Assembly (NCBI RefSeq): GCF_964204645.1
Contig: NC_134025.1
Coordinates: 19,195,101 to 19,259,100, forward strand
Length of the DNA: 64,000 nucleotides
Direction of reading: 5' to 3'
From: Tubulanus polymorphus
Lineage: Eukaryota > Animalia > Nemertea
The translations under genes and the position numbers were made by a program. Within the stretch, counting starts at the first letter, position 1. Every line of letters starts with the position of its first letter. Below the pieces are notes generated by a model, which did no database searches, was not told the DNA's origin, and saw nothing but the letters and a program-made list of their open reading frames with translations. Positions 33,111-45,565 of the stretch are shown one piece after another.

Positions 33111-33928
33111 TTATACTTGGGTGATCATTACACCGTATTCAGGCGCTTTCCTAACACCGCTGGTGTCTTTAGCGCAATAGGCGCACCTATATTCTTGATT
33201 CGAGTGACTCGAGTCATACCAACACGGTTTCATATTGGTTAGTTCGGGTATATCTTCGTTAAAATTAATGTCTTTCAACTTTTTCCATAATTTCAATGTT
33301 AGTTTTACACCGCATCTAGTCGGAGTTACGTCGAAAAGCTCATCGTGTAGATCATATTTTCGGATATCTACGTAAATACGATGATCGTGACTAGATCTAT
33401 AGATTTTGATAAAGTTCGAACGACCAACGGTCATCACGCCTACGTAATCGATATCTTCTTTAACGCGCGCAATTTCGTGTTCGATATCGGCTTTACAATA
33501 ATCTATATGTACCCACTCTTGGAGATCTAGCGAAATACCGTTCTTTGTGGGATACAGTTGTTTTCTACGCTCGCAACACTCATAAGATCGTAAATCTATA
33601 CGTTTTAACCCCTGCCACGTTTTCGCACTCGCGTACACAAGCGATCCTAGATAATGAGGCTCGGGGTCATTGTTCCAGGTATTCCGTTGAACTTTCGACG
33701 GAACAGCGTTGTCATTAACAGTTGAACCTATAAAACAATAAAAAATATTCTATATCAGTATACGTATGACTTAATATTTGACGGTTTCGAATACCGGAAT
33801 AGTTATAAAAACTTACTAAAGTCGAGTTTGAGCGAGGGGTGTTTTCTTTTCCTAGATTGAAGAGAGGACTTTGCTCGAATCGGTGTGCTTGACATTTCTA
33901 AGGTAGTTTGTCCACTAGTCGAATCCAT
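33111..33928 (-). CDS. Tandem PC4/Sub1-like ssDNA-binding protein, predicted spliced (intron 33728-33816)
   Basis: Two repeats RIDLRSY..PTKNGISL..EW and YVDIRKY..PTRCGVKL..LW; GTAAGT...TTTTATAG intron joins an open exon 1 (MDSTSG..RKRK) in frame. Confidence 0.7.
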
Positions 33929-34145
33929 CTGGGCGATACAGGTCGATGTTGACGGTTCAAAGTTTCTGAGCAGAATGATTAGTTTATGGATTTCAATGAC
34001 GTTTTTATTGTCAGAAAATGACTTGCCCGAACACGATTTACGGTTTCACTTGTTGTTGCGAAATATATTTCGCCCAAACTCGTTCATGATTTCACAATAG
34101 CCGTTAAAAGACGCCATCTTGGAAATATTCCCCCACTCCCCCTCC

Positions 34146-34210
34146 TCTCACGCACGCACACACACACACGCACACGCACACGCACACGCACACGCACACA
34201 CACACACACG
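34146..34210. repeat. (CA)n/(CACG)n microsatellite
   Basis: Directly visible. Confidence 0.9.
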
Positions 34211-34704
34211 TTCGCGCTTACGCGCGCACGTGTATAGAAATACGTAATATTGAGTCCGATTTAACCGAATGCTTCCGTACGGATATTAATGTAACAGAGT
34301 GAAAAGACAAAAATATAGTTACCTATTTATTTATTCTATTTATTGCGTATTTATTGTTAATAAATGTTTTTTAATTGTTGACATTAATTTGTTTTACATT
34401 TGTTTTTTGAATTTTTGGTTTACTTCGTTTCACCCGTACTCGGGATTCCTTGGAAAAGCGCCATCTAGGATTTACTCCTCCCCCTCCTCACACACTCACA
34501 CACGCTTAGAATCTCGTAATAGTGGCGCCATCTAGGATTTAATCATACCAATAAATAAAATTGGATTGAACGCCGCTAATAAATAAAATTGGATTTAACA
34601 TCATCAATAAATTGATTTGGATTGGTTGTCAATAATTTGATTTGGATTTAACGGAAAAATTTTGAATTTTCCCGCCAAAAATTTGAAATTTGAATTTTAA
34701 CCGC

Positions 34705-34836
34705 CACTTCCGGTCGCCATCTTGGATGACGTCACTTCCGGTCGCCATCTTGGATTACGTCACTTCCGGTCGCCATCTTGGATTACGTCACTTCCGGTCG
34801 CCATCTTGGATTACGTCACTTCCGGTATGACGTCAT
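34705..34836. promoter_or_regulatory. 28-bp tandem repeat combining ETS, YY1 and CRE/ATF-like motifs
   Basis: Units at 34705, 34733, 34761, 34789 and partial 34817: CACTTCCGG-T-CGCCATCTT-GGA-T(G/T)ACGT. Confidence 0.6.
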
Positions 34837-35624
34837 CCCCCCCTCCCCCTCCTCCCCTCACTCCACTGCGGTACCATAGTGACAACATGTAACTACTCAT
34901 GTAGTACCGCATGCGCAATGTGCCGATTTCTCGACTTAAAACAATTCCAGCACTGACTAATTCGCATGCGTTAGGTAGAAACGGAGACTTGGGAAACTTC
35001 ACGGTTTTTGCAGAATTACGTTCAACTACATTCAGAGAGAAAAGAAACAACAGAAAAATATCAGGTGATTATCGATATTATTTCCTGCTTTACAATATTG
35101 AAATAAGCCAATGTTCATTCAAATATCCAACATCGGTGAGAGTTTGAATACTGTATACATGTATATAGGTTTTCATGGTCTGAAGATAAATGGTCAAGGG
35201 CAGTCAGTCAACACCAACTCTCTTCGACCGATGTTGCATCATACCATATACGGTCTGAATCTTTCAACTCAAGCAAAGCGATTAACACGATCGACATAAC
35301 ACTGGAATAGTTTGCAGTGACTAACAGTTCATTAACTAGTGGAATCGGTTTGATATTTACTCACGTGTTGCTAGGTTTAAATTGTTTATCAGTATAGAAT
35401 AAGTAATCCATAAAAGCCAAAATCAACATCGACCCAATACCCAGACCAAAGCAATTCATAATCAATCGGTTGAATCTACAATACAATATATGTATTTATT
35501 CAAATATTTCAATAAAAAGATTGATTCTATTCTTAATCCTAATACGTTACTATATCAGTAAATGTATTCAACACCTATTGACTCAGCCGATTCTTAAGAT
35601 GAGTTTCTTAATAGAACAGATCCA

Positions 35625-36890
35625 TTTTTAGCCCACTTGGGACTTTAGTCCCAGCGGGCTATTGCGTTCATTTTTCGTCCGTTCGTCCGTCCGTAGAGGT
35701 AATCCAGTTATTTTGGGAAGTTTTGAAGACGCTTCAATGTAATGTCCTGATATTTGGGTTACACATGTATCTACCCTAGACAAATCTTCAGCCCAAAAAC
35801 GGGCCCTGTCAGAATCAAGATGGCTGACTGGCAGCCATTGTTGTTCGCCAAAATCAACACTTTTTACACATTTTTGAACTTTTTGAGGGAAATTTTGAAG
35901 ATGCTTTGATCAATTACCTTAATCTTTCCGATGTATGTGAATCCCCCAGGGCCCATCAGCCTAAAAAAAATTGGGTCGATCGGACTCAAGATGACCGTCC
36001 TATGACCTTTTTTAGTGCCCAAAAATGTCAATTTAGGCCCAAATTCTGAGTCCTCTAGCTCCCTACTGGTTTGCCATTTCTCATTGCAATTTGTGATGGG
36101 TATTCTTTGAAAAGGGATGTTTTATACCTGAGCCAGGTATTTTTGATCAGCCAATTATGACGCAATTAGCGGCCATCTTGGTGTCATCAGTACTCGTTCG
36201 TAGGTGGGAAAAAGTTTTTCCACATTATATTAATACCTAAGCGTATTTTGTTACCACAATCAATTAGAAACTTGTAGCTCATAACGTGTGCTATAATTGT
36301 GGTCAGTTTCAAGGTTTCATTGGTTTTGTATATGGCCACCAGGGGGGCGTTGAATAATACAATATCTTAGTATTTCTATATTATATTTGTATTAATGCAT
36401 ATTTTGTAACCACAATCAATTGCAAAGTTGTAGCTCATTACATCATCTATGATTGTGGCAAGTTTTAAGGCCATTAGTTATTCTATATGGTCACTAGGGG
36501 GCGTTGAATAGTAGAATTACTTAGTATTTCCCTATTATATTGGTACCTAGGCATATTTTGTTAGCATGATCAATTACAAAGTTATAGTTCGTGACATGTT
36601 CTAAGATTGTGGTGAGTTTCAAGGTCATTTGGTATTGAATATGGTCACCAGGGGGCGTTGAATAGTAGAATAACTTAGAATTTCCATATTAAATTGGTAA
36701 CGAGGCATATTTTGTTATTACAATCAATTACAAAATCGTAGCTGCTGACATGTTCTATGATTGTGGTGAGTTTCAAGGTCATTGGTTTTTGTATATGGTC
36801 ACCCGGGGGCATTGAATATTGAAATTGTTAGATTGTTGAGCATTTGGAACCACTTTCGAAGTGGGCATGGTATCCTTGGGCCCCTAGTTT
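35625..36890 (+). mobile_element. Non-autonomous Helentron/HINE-like repeat, copy 2
   Basis: Reverse-complement homolog of 865-1839 with both ends, GTCC microsatellite and ~155-bp units. Confidence 0.65.
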
Positions 36891-37756
36891 AAGCGTGGTG
36901 ATACAAAATAAATGCTTGGTCTAATCAATTCATATTTATTGATTTTACGTCCATGTAAGTTCGGTTTCAAAGCTGAATCACATTGGACGTTTACACAGTG
37001 GTTGTATATTAGGTTCAAATCTGTCAATACATTATATTTCATGTATCGGCATTTAAATTTTCAATAATTCCTACCAACCTGAATGGCATTGTGCGGATTT
37101 GCAGAAAACCTGTTATCGCTGCTTTGCAGCTATATTTATTATTATTATGTATTGCGTGCCTCCGGAAGGCATTAGACCGAATCAATAGCGTCATGGCAAT
37201 CATACACAAAGTTATACCAAGATAATCAATGAACTCACCTCTTTATTTACATAAAATCTTCGTTCAACTGGATTTTGGCCAATATGTCGCTTGTCACAGG
37301 TGAGAGTAGAGAATCACAATCAATACACTTTGTTTGGCATTTGAAAAATTTTTCACAAACCTTTGCTGAATAACTGATTACACAACACACAACGACCTTT
37401 CCTTTTTGATTGTTTAAGTAGTTCAACAGATTGATAAGAGTGACAATCAATTCCTTGGACTGATTTGATTGGATTTTTGGATTTATTTTTTGTTGGATTT
37501 CTATTCATATGGTTTCAAATAATGCGACCACTATAGTACACATGCCGATCAAAACCTATTTAGCCATTGTGTAACCGGCCCCATTGATGCATTAAAAACT
37601 TTCCTTTGTTAAATTATAGTTTATGTTGGTAAATAGTTTGTCCTTTTGTACACTATGATGAATTAAAAAATGAATCTGTTAAAGATGAAGTTTATAATAG
37701 AGCATTGAATATTTGGAATCATTTTGGAATGGAAAATCATGGAGGATTAGTAGATT

Positions 37757-37847
37757 TGTCACCCTGATATAATTTGCATATTTCATAATCATATAGATCT
37801 ACAATGTCATATCGAACAGTTCATAACATTTCATAGCTCTACAACAT

Positions 37848-37926
<79 letters not shown>

Positions 37927-38313
37927 TAATATCATATAACTTATGACTATAGTGTCAATATGTGCTTTAAGGTCGTAATCAACATGTGACATTACTCAAT
38001 ATGTTTTCACAATAATTAGCTATAGTCAGTGCTCATCGATGATTAATTAATGTCTCTCAAACATGTCACTAGGTGTTTATTTGTGAGTCCTGATGTCTAC
38101 AACTTGTCTGACACCTAGTTCTCACATTATACTCATGACTCTGTATATAAAGACTATGTAAAGCTATGATAATCATTCTCATTCTGGGATGCAATAAAGA
38201 TTGTACATATAAGGTTTAACTGCCTTGTTGTTCCTGATGGATGGAATCCTGTACCGCTGGTGTAAATGCTAGTTCCCCAGCCAGCCCGCCGATACAACAA
38301 CAAGCCGGTTACA
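37757..38313 (+). mobile_element. Solo LTR (probably Ty3/Gypsy) in PolB fragment
   Basis: TGTCACC...GGTTACA ends, 4-bp TSD GATT, TATATAA and AATAAA inside, (AAT)n at 37849-37925. Confidence 0.75.
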
Positions 38314-38937
38314 GATTTATATTTAAAGTCAGATGTATTATTATTAACTGATATATTCGAAAGTTTATATTATAATATTGATCCATGCCATTGTTATTTT
38401 AGTCCAGGTTTAACTTGGGATTGTGGAATAAAATTTACAGATATAAAAATGGATTTGTTAACAAATATAGATCAATTATTATTATTTGAAAATCTATAAG
38501 AGGAGGAGTTTCAGGTGTATAAGGCGATAGATATTTCAATATAAATGACCCTGGATATAAGTTACTGTATATAGAGTTTCAGGTGTATAAGGCGATAGAT
38601 ATTTCAATATAAATGACCCTGGATATAAGTTACTATATATATAGATGCAAATTATTTATATGGTTGGGCAATGATGGAACCTCAGCCTTATGGAGTATTT
38701 CAAATAACTGAAGTTTTACAACATGATAAATTTGATTGGTAGAAAAGAATTCTAGATATCGCAGATGATTTAGATACTGGTTACTTCTTCGTTGTAGATT
38801 TAGAATATCCTGAACATATTAAATTTAAATCTAGAAATCTAGCATACTGTCCAGAACATAAAACTGTAACACAACAATATTTAAGAAATTTATATTACAA
38901 CCCTGAGAGTTCGGTTGCTTATTCTTCTACCAAAAAT

Positions 38938-39966
38938 ATGTGGCGTCAAGTAAAACAAGATAAATTAGATAAGATAATCCCACAAAATTTAGTTAAATAT
39001 AAAGATATAAATGAATTTATGTTAGAACAACCAACATACACAACACATAAAAAAATTGTTAGAAAAGATAAAACTCGTAAAACTATGGTAAGTTATGTAG
39101 ATCAACAGTGGCAAGGAGATTTAATTGATATGAAAAATGTCAAGAAAGATAATGATGATTATTGGTGGATATTGAATATAATTGATATTTTTAGTCGTTA
39201 TGTATGGAGCTTCCCACTTTACAGAAAAGATGCTGCACAAACATCAAATGTTTTAAGAAAATTTCTTTCGGATGATAAAATAAAACCAGAAAAAATACAA
39301 TTTGATGATGGAAAAGAATTTGATAATTCACTTGTTCATGAACTCTTAGATAATCATAAAATTAAATATTTTTCAACAAAATCGGATAAAAAAGCAGCAG
39401 TTAAACGATTTAATAGAACATTAAGAACAAGAATGTGGAAATATTTTACAGCAAATAATACTTTTAAATGGATTGATGTTTTACCAAAATTGATAGAAGG
39501 ATATAATAATTCTTATCATTCTTCTATTGGAATGAAACCTATTGATGCTAGAAAACCTGAAAATGCTGAAATTGTTTGGAATAATTTATATGGAGCATTT
39601 CTTGTAGATGATTTTGGTGAACCTAAATTTAAAGTTGGTCAAAATGTTAGAATTTCTAAGTATAAAAAGATATTTGACAAAGGATACGATCGATATTTTA
39701 CTAGGGAAATATATAAAATAAAAAAGGTAATAACAACAAAACCATATGTCTATAAATTAGAAGATTTAGATGGTGAAGAACTTGATGGCTTCTTTTACGA
39801 AGAAGAATTAAGTTTAACTACTGAAAATCTAGAACAAGAATATAAAATTGAAAAAGTATTAAAAACAAAAACTATTAAAAGAAAAAAATATTCTTTAGTA
39901 AAATGGGTTGGATGGCCAGATAAATTCAATGAATGTATATTATCAAGTAAAATTAAAAATATATAA
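38938..39966 (+). CDS. Retroviral-like (DDE) integrase with chromodomain-like tail, 5' truncated
   Basis: WQGDLID, IDIFSRY, QFDDGKEF, AVKRFNRT (catalytic Glu apparently lost), YNNSYHSSIGMKP, LVKWVGWP. Confidence 0.9.
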   Translation: MWRQVKQDKLDKIIPQNLVKYKDINEFMLEQPTYTTHKKIVRKDKTRKTMVSYVDQQWQGDLIDMKNVKKDNDDYWWILNIIDIFSRYVWSFPLYRKDAAQTSNVLRKFLSDDKIKPEKIQFDDGKEFDNSLVHELLDNHKIKYFSTKSDKKAAVKRFNRTLRTRMWKYFTANNTFKWIDVLPKLIEGYNNSYHSSIGMKPIDARKPENAEIVWNNLYGAFLVDDFGEPKFKVGQNVRISKYKKIFDKGYDRYFTREIYKIKKVITTKPYVYKLEDLDGEELDGFFYEEELSLTTENLEQEYKIEKVLKTKTIKRKKYSLVKWVGWPDKFNECILSSKIKNI

Positions 39967-40575
39967 ATGAATAAGGAATTATTTATATTTGAGCCTCATA
40001 ATATGTTAATTTCTGGCGTAACAAATTGTGGAAAAACTTATTTTATATTAAATTTATTAGAAACTGTTTATAAAAACTATTTTGATAATATAGTATTATT
40101 TTGTCCAACATATGAATTTAATCAAACTTATGATAGAAATATTACTAGAAATAATAAATTTATTATATTAGATCCTAAAACAGTAAAAGAAAATTTAGAT
40201 AATTGTATTAAAATAGCAATAGATATTTATAAAGGATCAAATACATTATTCATTATAGATGATTGTGCAAATTTACATGATTCAAAAGTTAGAGAAAGTG
40301 AGTTATGTTATTTAGCTTTCTCTGGGAGACATTTTGGGATAACAACATGGGTTTTAAATCAAAAATATAATTCAATTGTTAAAGACTTTAGGGAGAATAT
40401 AAGATTTCTAGTTTTATTTTATAACAAAGATAAAAAATCGACGAAAAATGCACTTGAGGAAAATGATATTATTCCACATGATTTACATAATGAATATATG
40501 GATAAGTTGAAAAATATTAAAAGTTCAAAATTACTATTTAGATTACAACACCCATTTAAATATGAATTTATTTAA
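39967..40575 (+). CDS. A32/FtsK-like DNA packaging ATPase
   Basis: GVTNCGKT, LFIIDD, SGRHFGI. Confidence 0.9.
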   Translation: MNKELFIFEPHNMLISGVTNCGKTYFILNLLETVYKNYFDNIVLFCPTYEFNQTYDRNITRNNKFIILDPKTVKENLDNCIKIAIDIYKGSNTLFIIDDCANLHDSKVRESELCYLAFSGRHFGITTWVLNQKYNSIVKDFRENIRFLVLFYNKDKKSTKNALEENDIIPHDLHNEYMDKLKNIKSSKLLFRLQHPFKYEFI

Positions 40576-41019
40576 ATTCAACTAGCTTGTTAATCTATTA
40601 CATATTTAGTTACATTCTAGTTGAATTCTAGTTATTGGTATTTGAAACAAAAATCAAATAAAATTCAACAATATTTTAACTAGCTTGTTAATCTAGTATA
40701 TTTTTAGTTACATTCTAGTTGAATTCTAGTTATTGGTAGTTGAAACAAAAATCAAATAAAATTCAACAAGAAATAAATAAAAACAACAATATTTCAACTA
40801 GCTTGTTAATCTAGTTGAATTCTAGTTACATTCTAGTTGAATTCTAGTTGCAACAACACAACTAATTTTTTTGTTATATAAATGGGAGGTGAAAAGAAAA
40901 TAAAATCTAAAAATGGTGATGTTCCAATTGAAAAACCTTTAGATGATTTAGGAATGACAGAAACAAAAATATAGCTGCAAAGCAGCGATAACGGGTTTTC
41001 TGCACAGTCTTAGAATCCT

Positions 41020-41265
41020 GTTCAACGGTGGATTTCAACAAAGCATTTGATAAGGTTCAACATCAGCCATTACTAAAGAGGCTATTAGGAAACAGTATCA
41101 ATGATAGGTCGTTAAAATGGCTCAGCAGTTATCTCTGAACGGAAACTTGTAACCGAAATCAACGGAACGCCTCATCTTGGAATGAGATTGTCTAACTAGT
41201 GGAGTCAGGCAAGGTAGTATCCTAAGTCGTCTTCTGTTTAATGTCCTGACAAATGACATACACAG
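41020..41265 (+). pseudogene. Non-LTR retrotransposon RT fragment
   Basis: VDFNKAFDKVQH and SGVRQGSILS.LLFNVLTND, with frameshifts. Confidence 0.65.
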
Positions 41266-41344
41266 TAATCCAAAATATACCAGACCGAGTAAATTTCCAA
41301 AACGACCTTAACACACTGTTCGACCAAAAAACTTAATGTTCCGA

Positions 41345-42740
41345 CAAAACCACGGGGACAAAACCAAAATTATGAATTGTCGCGGGTGACAAAACCAAAA
41401 TATTGAATTGTCACGGGCGACAAAACAAAAATAATGAATTGTCGCGGGCGATAAAACCAAAATAATGAATTGTCGCGGGCGATAAAACCAAAATATTGAA
41501 TTGTCATACTAAGCCATTCTACTATTCAACGCCCCCTGGTGACTATATGGAATGACTAATGTCCTTAAAAACTCACCACAATCATAGACGATGTCATGAT
41601 CTACAACTTTGCAATGGATCATGGTAACAAAATATGCCTAGGTACCAATCTAATAAGGAAATACTAAGCCATTCTACTATTCAACGCCCCCTGGTGACTA
41701 TATGGAATAACTAATGTCCTTAAAAACTCACCACAATCATAGACGTTGTCATGAACTGCAACTTTGCGATCGATCATGGAAACAAAATATGCCTTGGTAC
41801 AAATATAATATAGCAATACTAAGTTTTTGTATTATTCAACGCCCCCTGATGGCCACATACTAAAACCAATGACCTTGAAACTCACCAAAATCATAGAAAC
41901 ACGTTATGGGCTACAACTTTCCAATTGAATATAGTAACACAATATGCTTAGGTATCAATTTAATGTGGAAAAACTTTTTCCCACCTACGAATGAGTACTG
42001 ATGACACCAAGATGGCCGCCAATTGCGTCATAATTGGCTGATCAAAAATACCCGTCCCAGGTATAAAACATCCCTCTCTAAAGAATACCCATCAGCAATT
42101 GCAATGAGAAATGGCAAACCAGTAGGAAGCTACAGGACCTAGAATTCTGGCCAAAATTTACATTTTTGGGCACTAAAAAGGTCATAGGACGGCCATCTTG
42201 AGTCAGATCGACCCAATTTTCTTATGCTGATGGGCCTTTGGTAGATTCAAATATAAACGAAAGATCAAGGTAATTGATCAAAGCGTCTTCAAAATTTCCC
42301 ATGAAAACTTCGAAAATGTTTAAAAAGTGCTGATTATGGCAAACAACAATGGCTGCCAGTCGACCATCTTGAATCTGACAGGGCCAGTTTTTGGGCTGAC
42401 GATGTGTCTAGGGTAGATACATGTATAAACCAAATATCAAGACATTACCTTGAAGCGTCTTCAAAACTTCTCGAAATGGACGGACGGACGGACGAAAAGT
42501 GAACGCAATAGCCCGCTGGGACTAAAGTCCCAAGTGGACTGAAAAAGAATTGTCGCGGGCGACAAAACCAAACTAATGAATTGTCGCGGGTGATAAAACC
42601 AAAATATTGAATTGTCACAGACGACAAAACCAAACTAATGAATTGTCGAGGGCGATAAAACCAAACTATGAATTGTCGCGGGCGATAAAACCAAAATAAT
42701 GAATTGTCTCGGGCGACAAAAACAAAATAATGAATTGTCG
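41345..42740. repeat. 31-bp minisatellite split by a HINE-like insertion
   Basis: gaattgtcgcgggcgataaaaccaaaataat units at 41345-41506 and 42548-42740. Confidence 0.85.
41507..42546 (-). mobile_element. Non-autonomous Helentron/HINE-like repeat, copy 3 (truncated)
   Basis: Same orientation and sequence as 865-1839, with terminal hairpin and (GGAC)n. Confidence 0.65.
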
Positions 42741-43490
42741 CCTAACATGGATAATTGATTACTAATTTGATTAAAAATTATATCATAATTAAGTTAAAAA
42801 TCCATAATTCATTTATCAGTTTTCATTCCTATATTCTTTTCATTCGGAATAATTTATAATTTCAAATTTCATATATTTCTTTAGTAAACACCAACAACAT
42901 TTACTTAGGTGTTTTAGCTAAGTATATAAGGCAATTCATTCCAACGCTGGAGTAGCTCTGGCCAGCAGAGGCATTTTGAAAATGCACCTTCGTCCACTCT
43001 CCGGGTTTTTCCTTCGGTTTCGAATTTCGAGATTGGTAGAAATTACATTAGGCGCCTTTAATATAATGTAATTTCTGCCAATCATTGAAGGAGATCCCGG
43101 TTGACGTGGGTCGCGGGGGTGTAAGTAGAAATGACTGGGGATAAACGTCCCGTGGTGCCTTTCAATGATGGGATGCTTATCCCCTGAAAACTCTGTAGGT
43201 CGAGGATAGGGCAATTTTGCTAAAACTTACCTTGAAAAATGAATTCCTTCTAATCACGAGAGCGAATGTATCCTGTGTGTGTTGTATGTACTGCGTGCTT
43301 ATAATATAACTGCTAGCTACCCAATATAACAACAACGTTGAATTGCAACACCTGTTTGATCGATAAATATTCAAATGAAGCACTCTCTTATAATAACATG
43401 TAACAGATGTTTGGCTGGTATGATTGTAGTTGTTCGTAAAACGACTAAGGTCATTTTGGATTCTAGATATTCATTATTTTTATTTTTTAT

Positions 43491-43816
43491 TTAATCAACA
43501 ATTTCTAAATCATGATGACCGTCTTCTTTTTTTCCATGATAGATTATTTTAAATCCTTCTAAATCTTTTAATTCCTCTGTACTCAATGAAACCCATTTAT
43601 CAGGTAAAAATACTTTAAATTCTCGCGATGTACTAACATTACAGTAGCTTAAATTCGCTGATACTTTCTCTCCATATTTAGTTTTTATCTTTTCTAATTT
43701 CAATATTTTATGTTCAATTTCTTTTGTAACATCAACTAACTTTTTTATTTCAAATTGTTTTTTGCTGGTTTTATTCTGTTATTTATTGTTGCTAAGAATG
43801 CTTTTCTATCTCCCAT
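43491..43816 (-). pseudogene. Copy of 28168-28494 small protein, frameshifted
   Basis: Near-identical sequence, one base shorter. Confidence 0.75.
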
Positions 43817-44339
43817 TTATAAGGAAAAAAATTACTTGTGGTGATGAGTGGTGTCTCGTACTCTCGTACTCTGATTTGAAAGCCCACTTTCCCTATTACT
43901 CGCACGGAATAGCATATGCTTGGCCATGAGACATAAGTACTATGCGCACAACATTTGACTTATAACAACAATTTATAGTTGACAGTAATCATTCTGAGAA
44001 GAATTCATCCAGCCCAGCGGCTTCTCGGTCGTACAATTTGAAGCGGGAGAGGTTTTGCTGAACATCAGTGTCAATGAAGTCTGTATACGGGTGGACAATC
44101 ACATCAACGCCTTCGAGCTTTATCGAATCAGCATCTGAGAGGGCCTGAATATATAATAATTTTCATGAAATCAAGGGATAAGATCAGCTATAATGCTTGA
44201 ATGTCAAATAAGATAGTAATTACCTTTGCCAGCTTCTGAATGGATCTGGTACGCTGATGTGCCATATTCACTGGATTAAGGTTGCTAGCATTACGCACCA
44301 AACTGAACAATTCCCAATTACTCCTAATCATATTCATAT

Positions 44340-44925
44340 ATATGAATAACATATAAATGAATTAACATTACATAAGAAATATTTAATTACAAATATTGAA
44401 ACAATTACTAATAGATATGGTAATAAATTAGTTACTCATTTAGAATATGAAGGATTAAAAGGAAATAAATATAAATTCAGAACATATTTACCAGATAGAT
44501 TTCATAGATTATCTAGTGAAGATTTAGAAGAATTATGTTCTGGTGATTTCTATTGTAAAGGTAAGAATGAAAAAGGGCACCATGATATAGATTTCGAATA
44601 ATATAAAAATATGTAAAATAAATGGCAGAATTAAAAGAATATACAATATTTGTTGATTCAAGAAGACTTACAAATTATAAATCTCATAATTTACCAGTAC
44701 AATTAGATGGAGAAAAAATTAAAATAAAGGTATATGATGAAAGTCAACATGCATTTATGGCAAAAAAACCATTAGCTAAATTGTTAGGAATTGCACCAGA
44801 TACTGTTACAGGAAACGTAGACCGTAATTCAAATATAATACCTTTTACGCATTTTTATATTTATTACAATTTAATTGACCCAACAAAAACAGCAACTAAA
44901 GATACAATTTGTAATTCTAGTATAA
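44340..44925 (+). mobile_element. Polinton fragment D (small conserved ORF plus internally deleted penton)
   Basis: Homologous to 10370-11190; MAELKEYTIFVDSRR..IIPFTHFYIY. Confidence 0.75.
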
Positions 44926-45367
44926 AAATACCAAACGAAGAAGTAGAAAGGTCATACACTCAGATAGATAAAAACACGGATAAATGTGACGATGATTGTA
45001 TGCAAAGGCAAGAGAGGTCGTCACCTGAGTGTATTCCAAAGTATCCTAGAGACAGTAGATGTCTAATTGAAGATTTGACTCCCTCTAATGAAAACATTGA
45101 TCTAACCGAACTCATGAACAGATGTCCTGAGGTTGTTGACACACAGTTACCACTAAGACTGATACATCACTGCGATGTCGAAAATGTCTGTAGCTACCCA
45201 CTGGAAGAGGTGATATTTCCTGAAGGAATGGCTAGTGATGAAAGTATCTCTGACCCCAATAAATGTGATAGCCCAAGAAATCTGGTATCCTCGGAAAGTA
45301 GACAGCATTTTTCAGGATTAGAGACCAAAAAACCACAAGTGAGGTTGAAGAAATCAAGCCCGCGAAA

Positions 45368-45565
45368 ATGCGAATAACAACATTAAATATTGGCGGAATA
45401 AAAATTAACCTGGTATATCTGCTAGATCAACTAAAACAAACTGATGTCATGCTTTTCCAAGAACATTGGCTTCACCGCTACGAGGCAGGAAATTTGCCGC
45501 ACTTACTCCCGGGATATGATGTACTGATAGATTTAACTACTAACAACTTTGAAACGAAATGTTAA
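45368..45565 (+). pseudogene. LINE APE endonuclease N-terminal fragment
   Basis: RITTLNIGG..DVMLFQEHWL. Confidence 0.6.

Larger units (their letters stand above)
28586..34867 (+). mobile_element. GC-richer Polinton (adenain-encoding family), right part
   Basis: Integrase tail, penton, basic core-like protein, hexon and protease in tandem, then RING and PC4-like genes on the minus strand, subterminal repeats and a probable ..CCACT end; exact end inferred. Confidence 0.85.
37655..43900 (+). mobile_element. Polinton copy C (AT-rich family), internally deleted and interrupted
   Basis: PolB fragment 37655-38870 joined to integrase, ATPase, CTAG array, start of 26167 homolog; right end 42745-43900 matches copy B and ends in TIR ..CCCTATTACT. 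Confidence 0.85.

Noticed and set aside
41345-42740. CRISPR-like array
   Set aside because: Contiguous 31-bp tandem units with no unique spacers; also true of the 28-bp array at 34705
5983-43900. One giant Polinton from left TIR 5983 to right TIR 43900
   Set aside because: The TIR variants are similar, but flanks differ (CGTATA vs CGCACG) and copy C has its own polB fragment overlapping A's
44622-45377. 251-aa ORF as a real gene
   Set aside because: Chimera of a deleted penton fragment and unrelated, probably LINE-derived sequence
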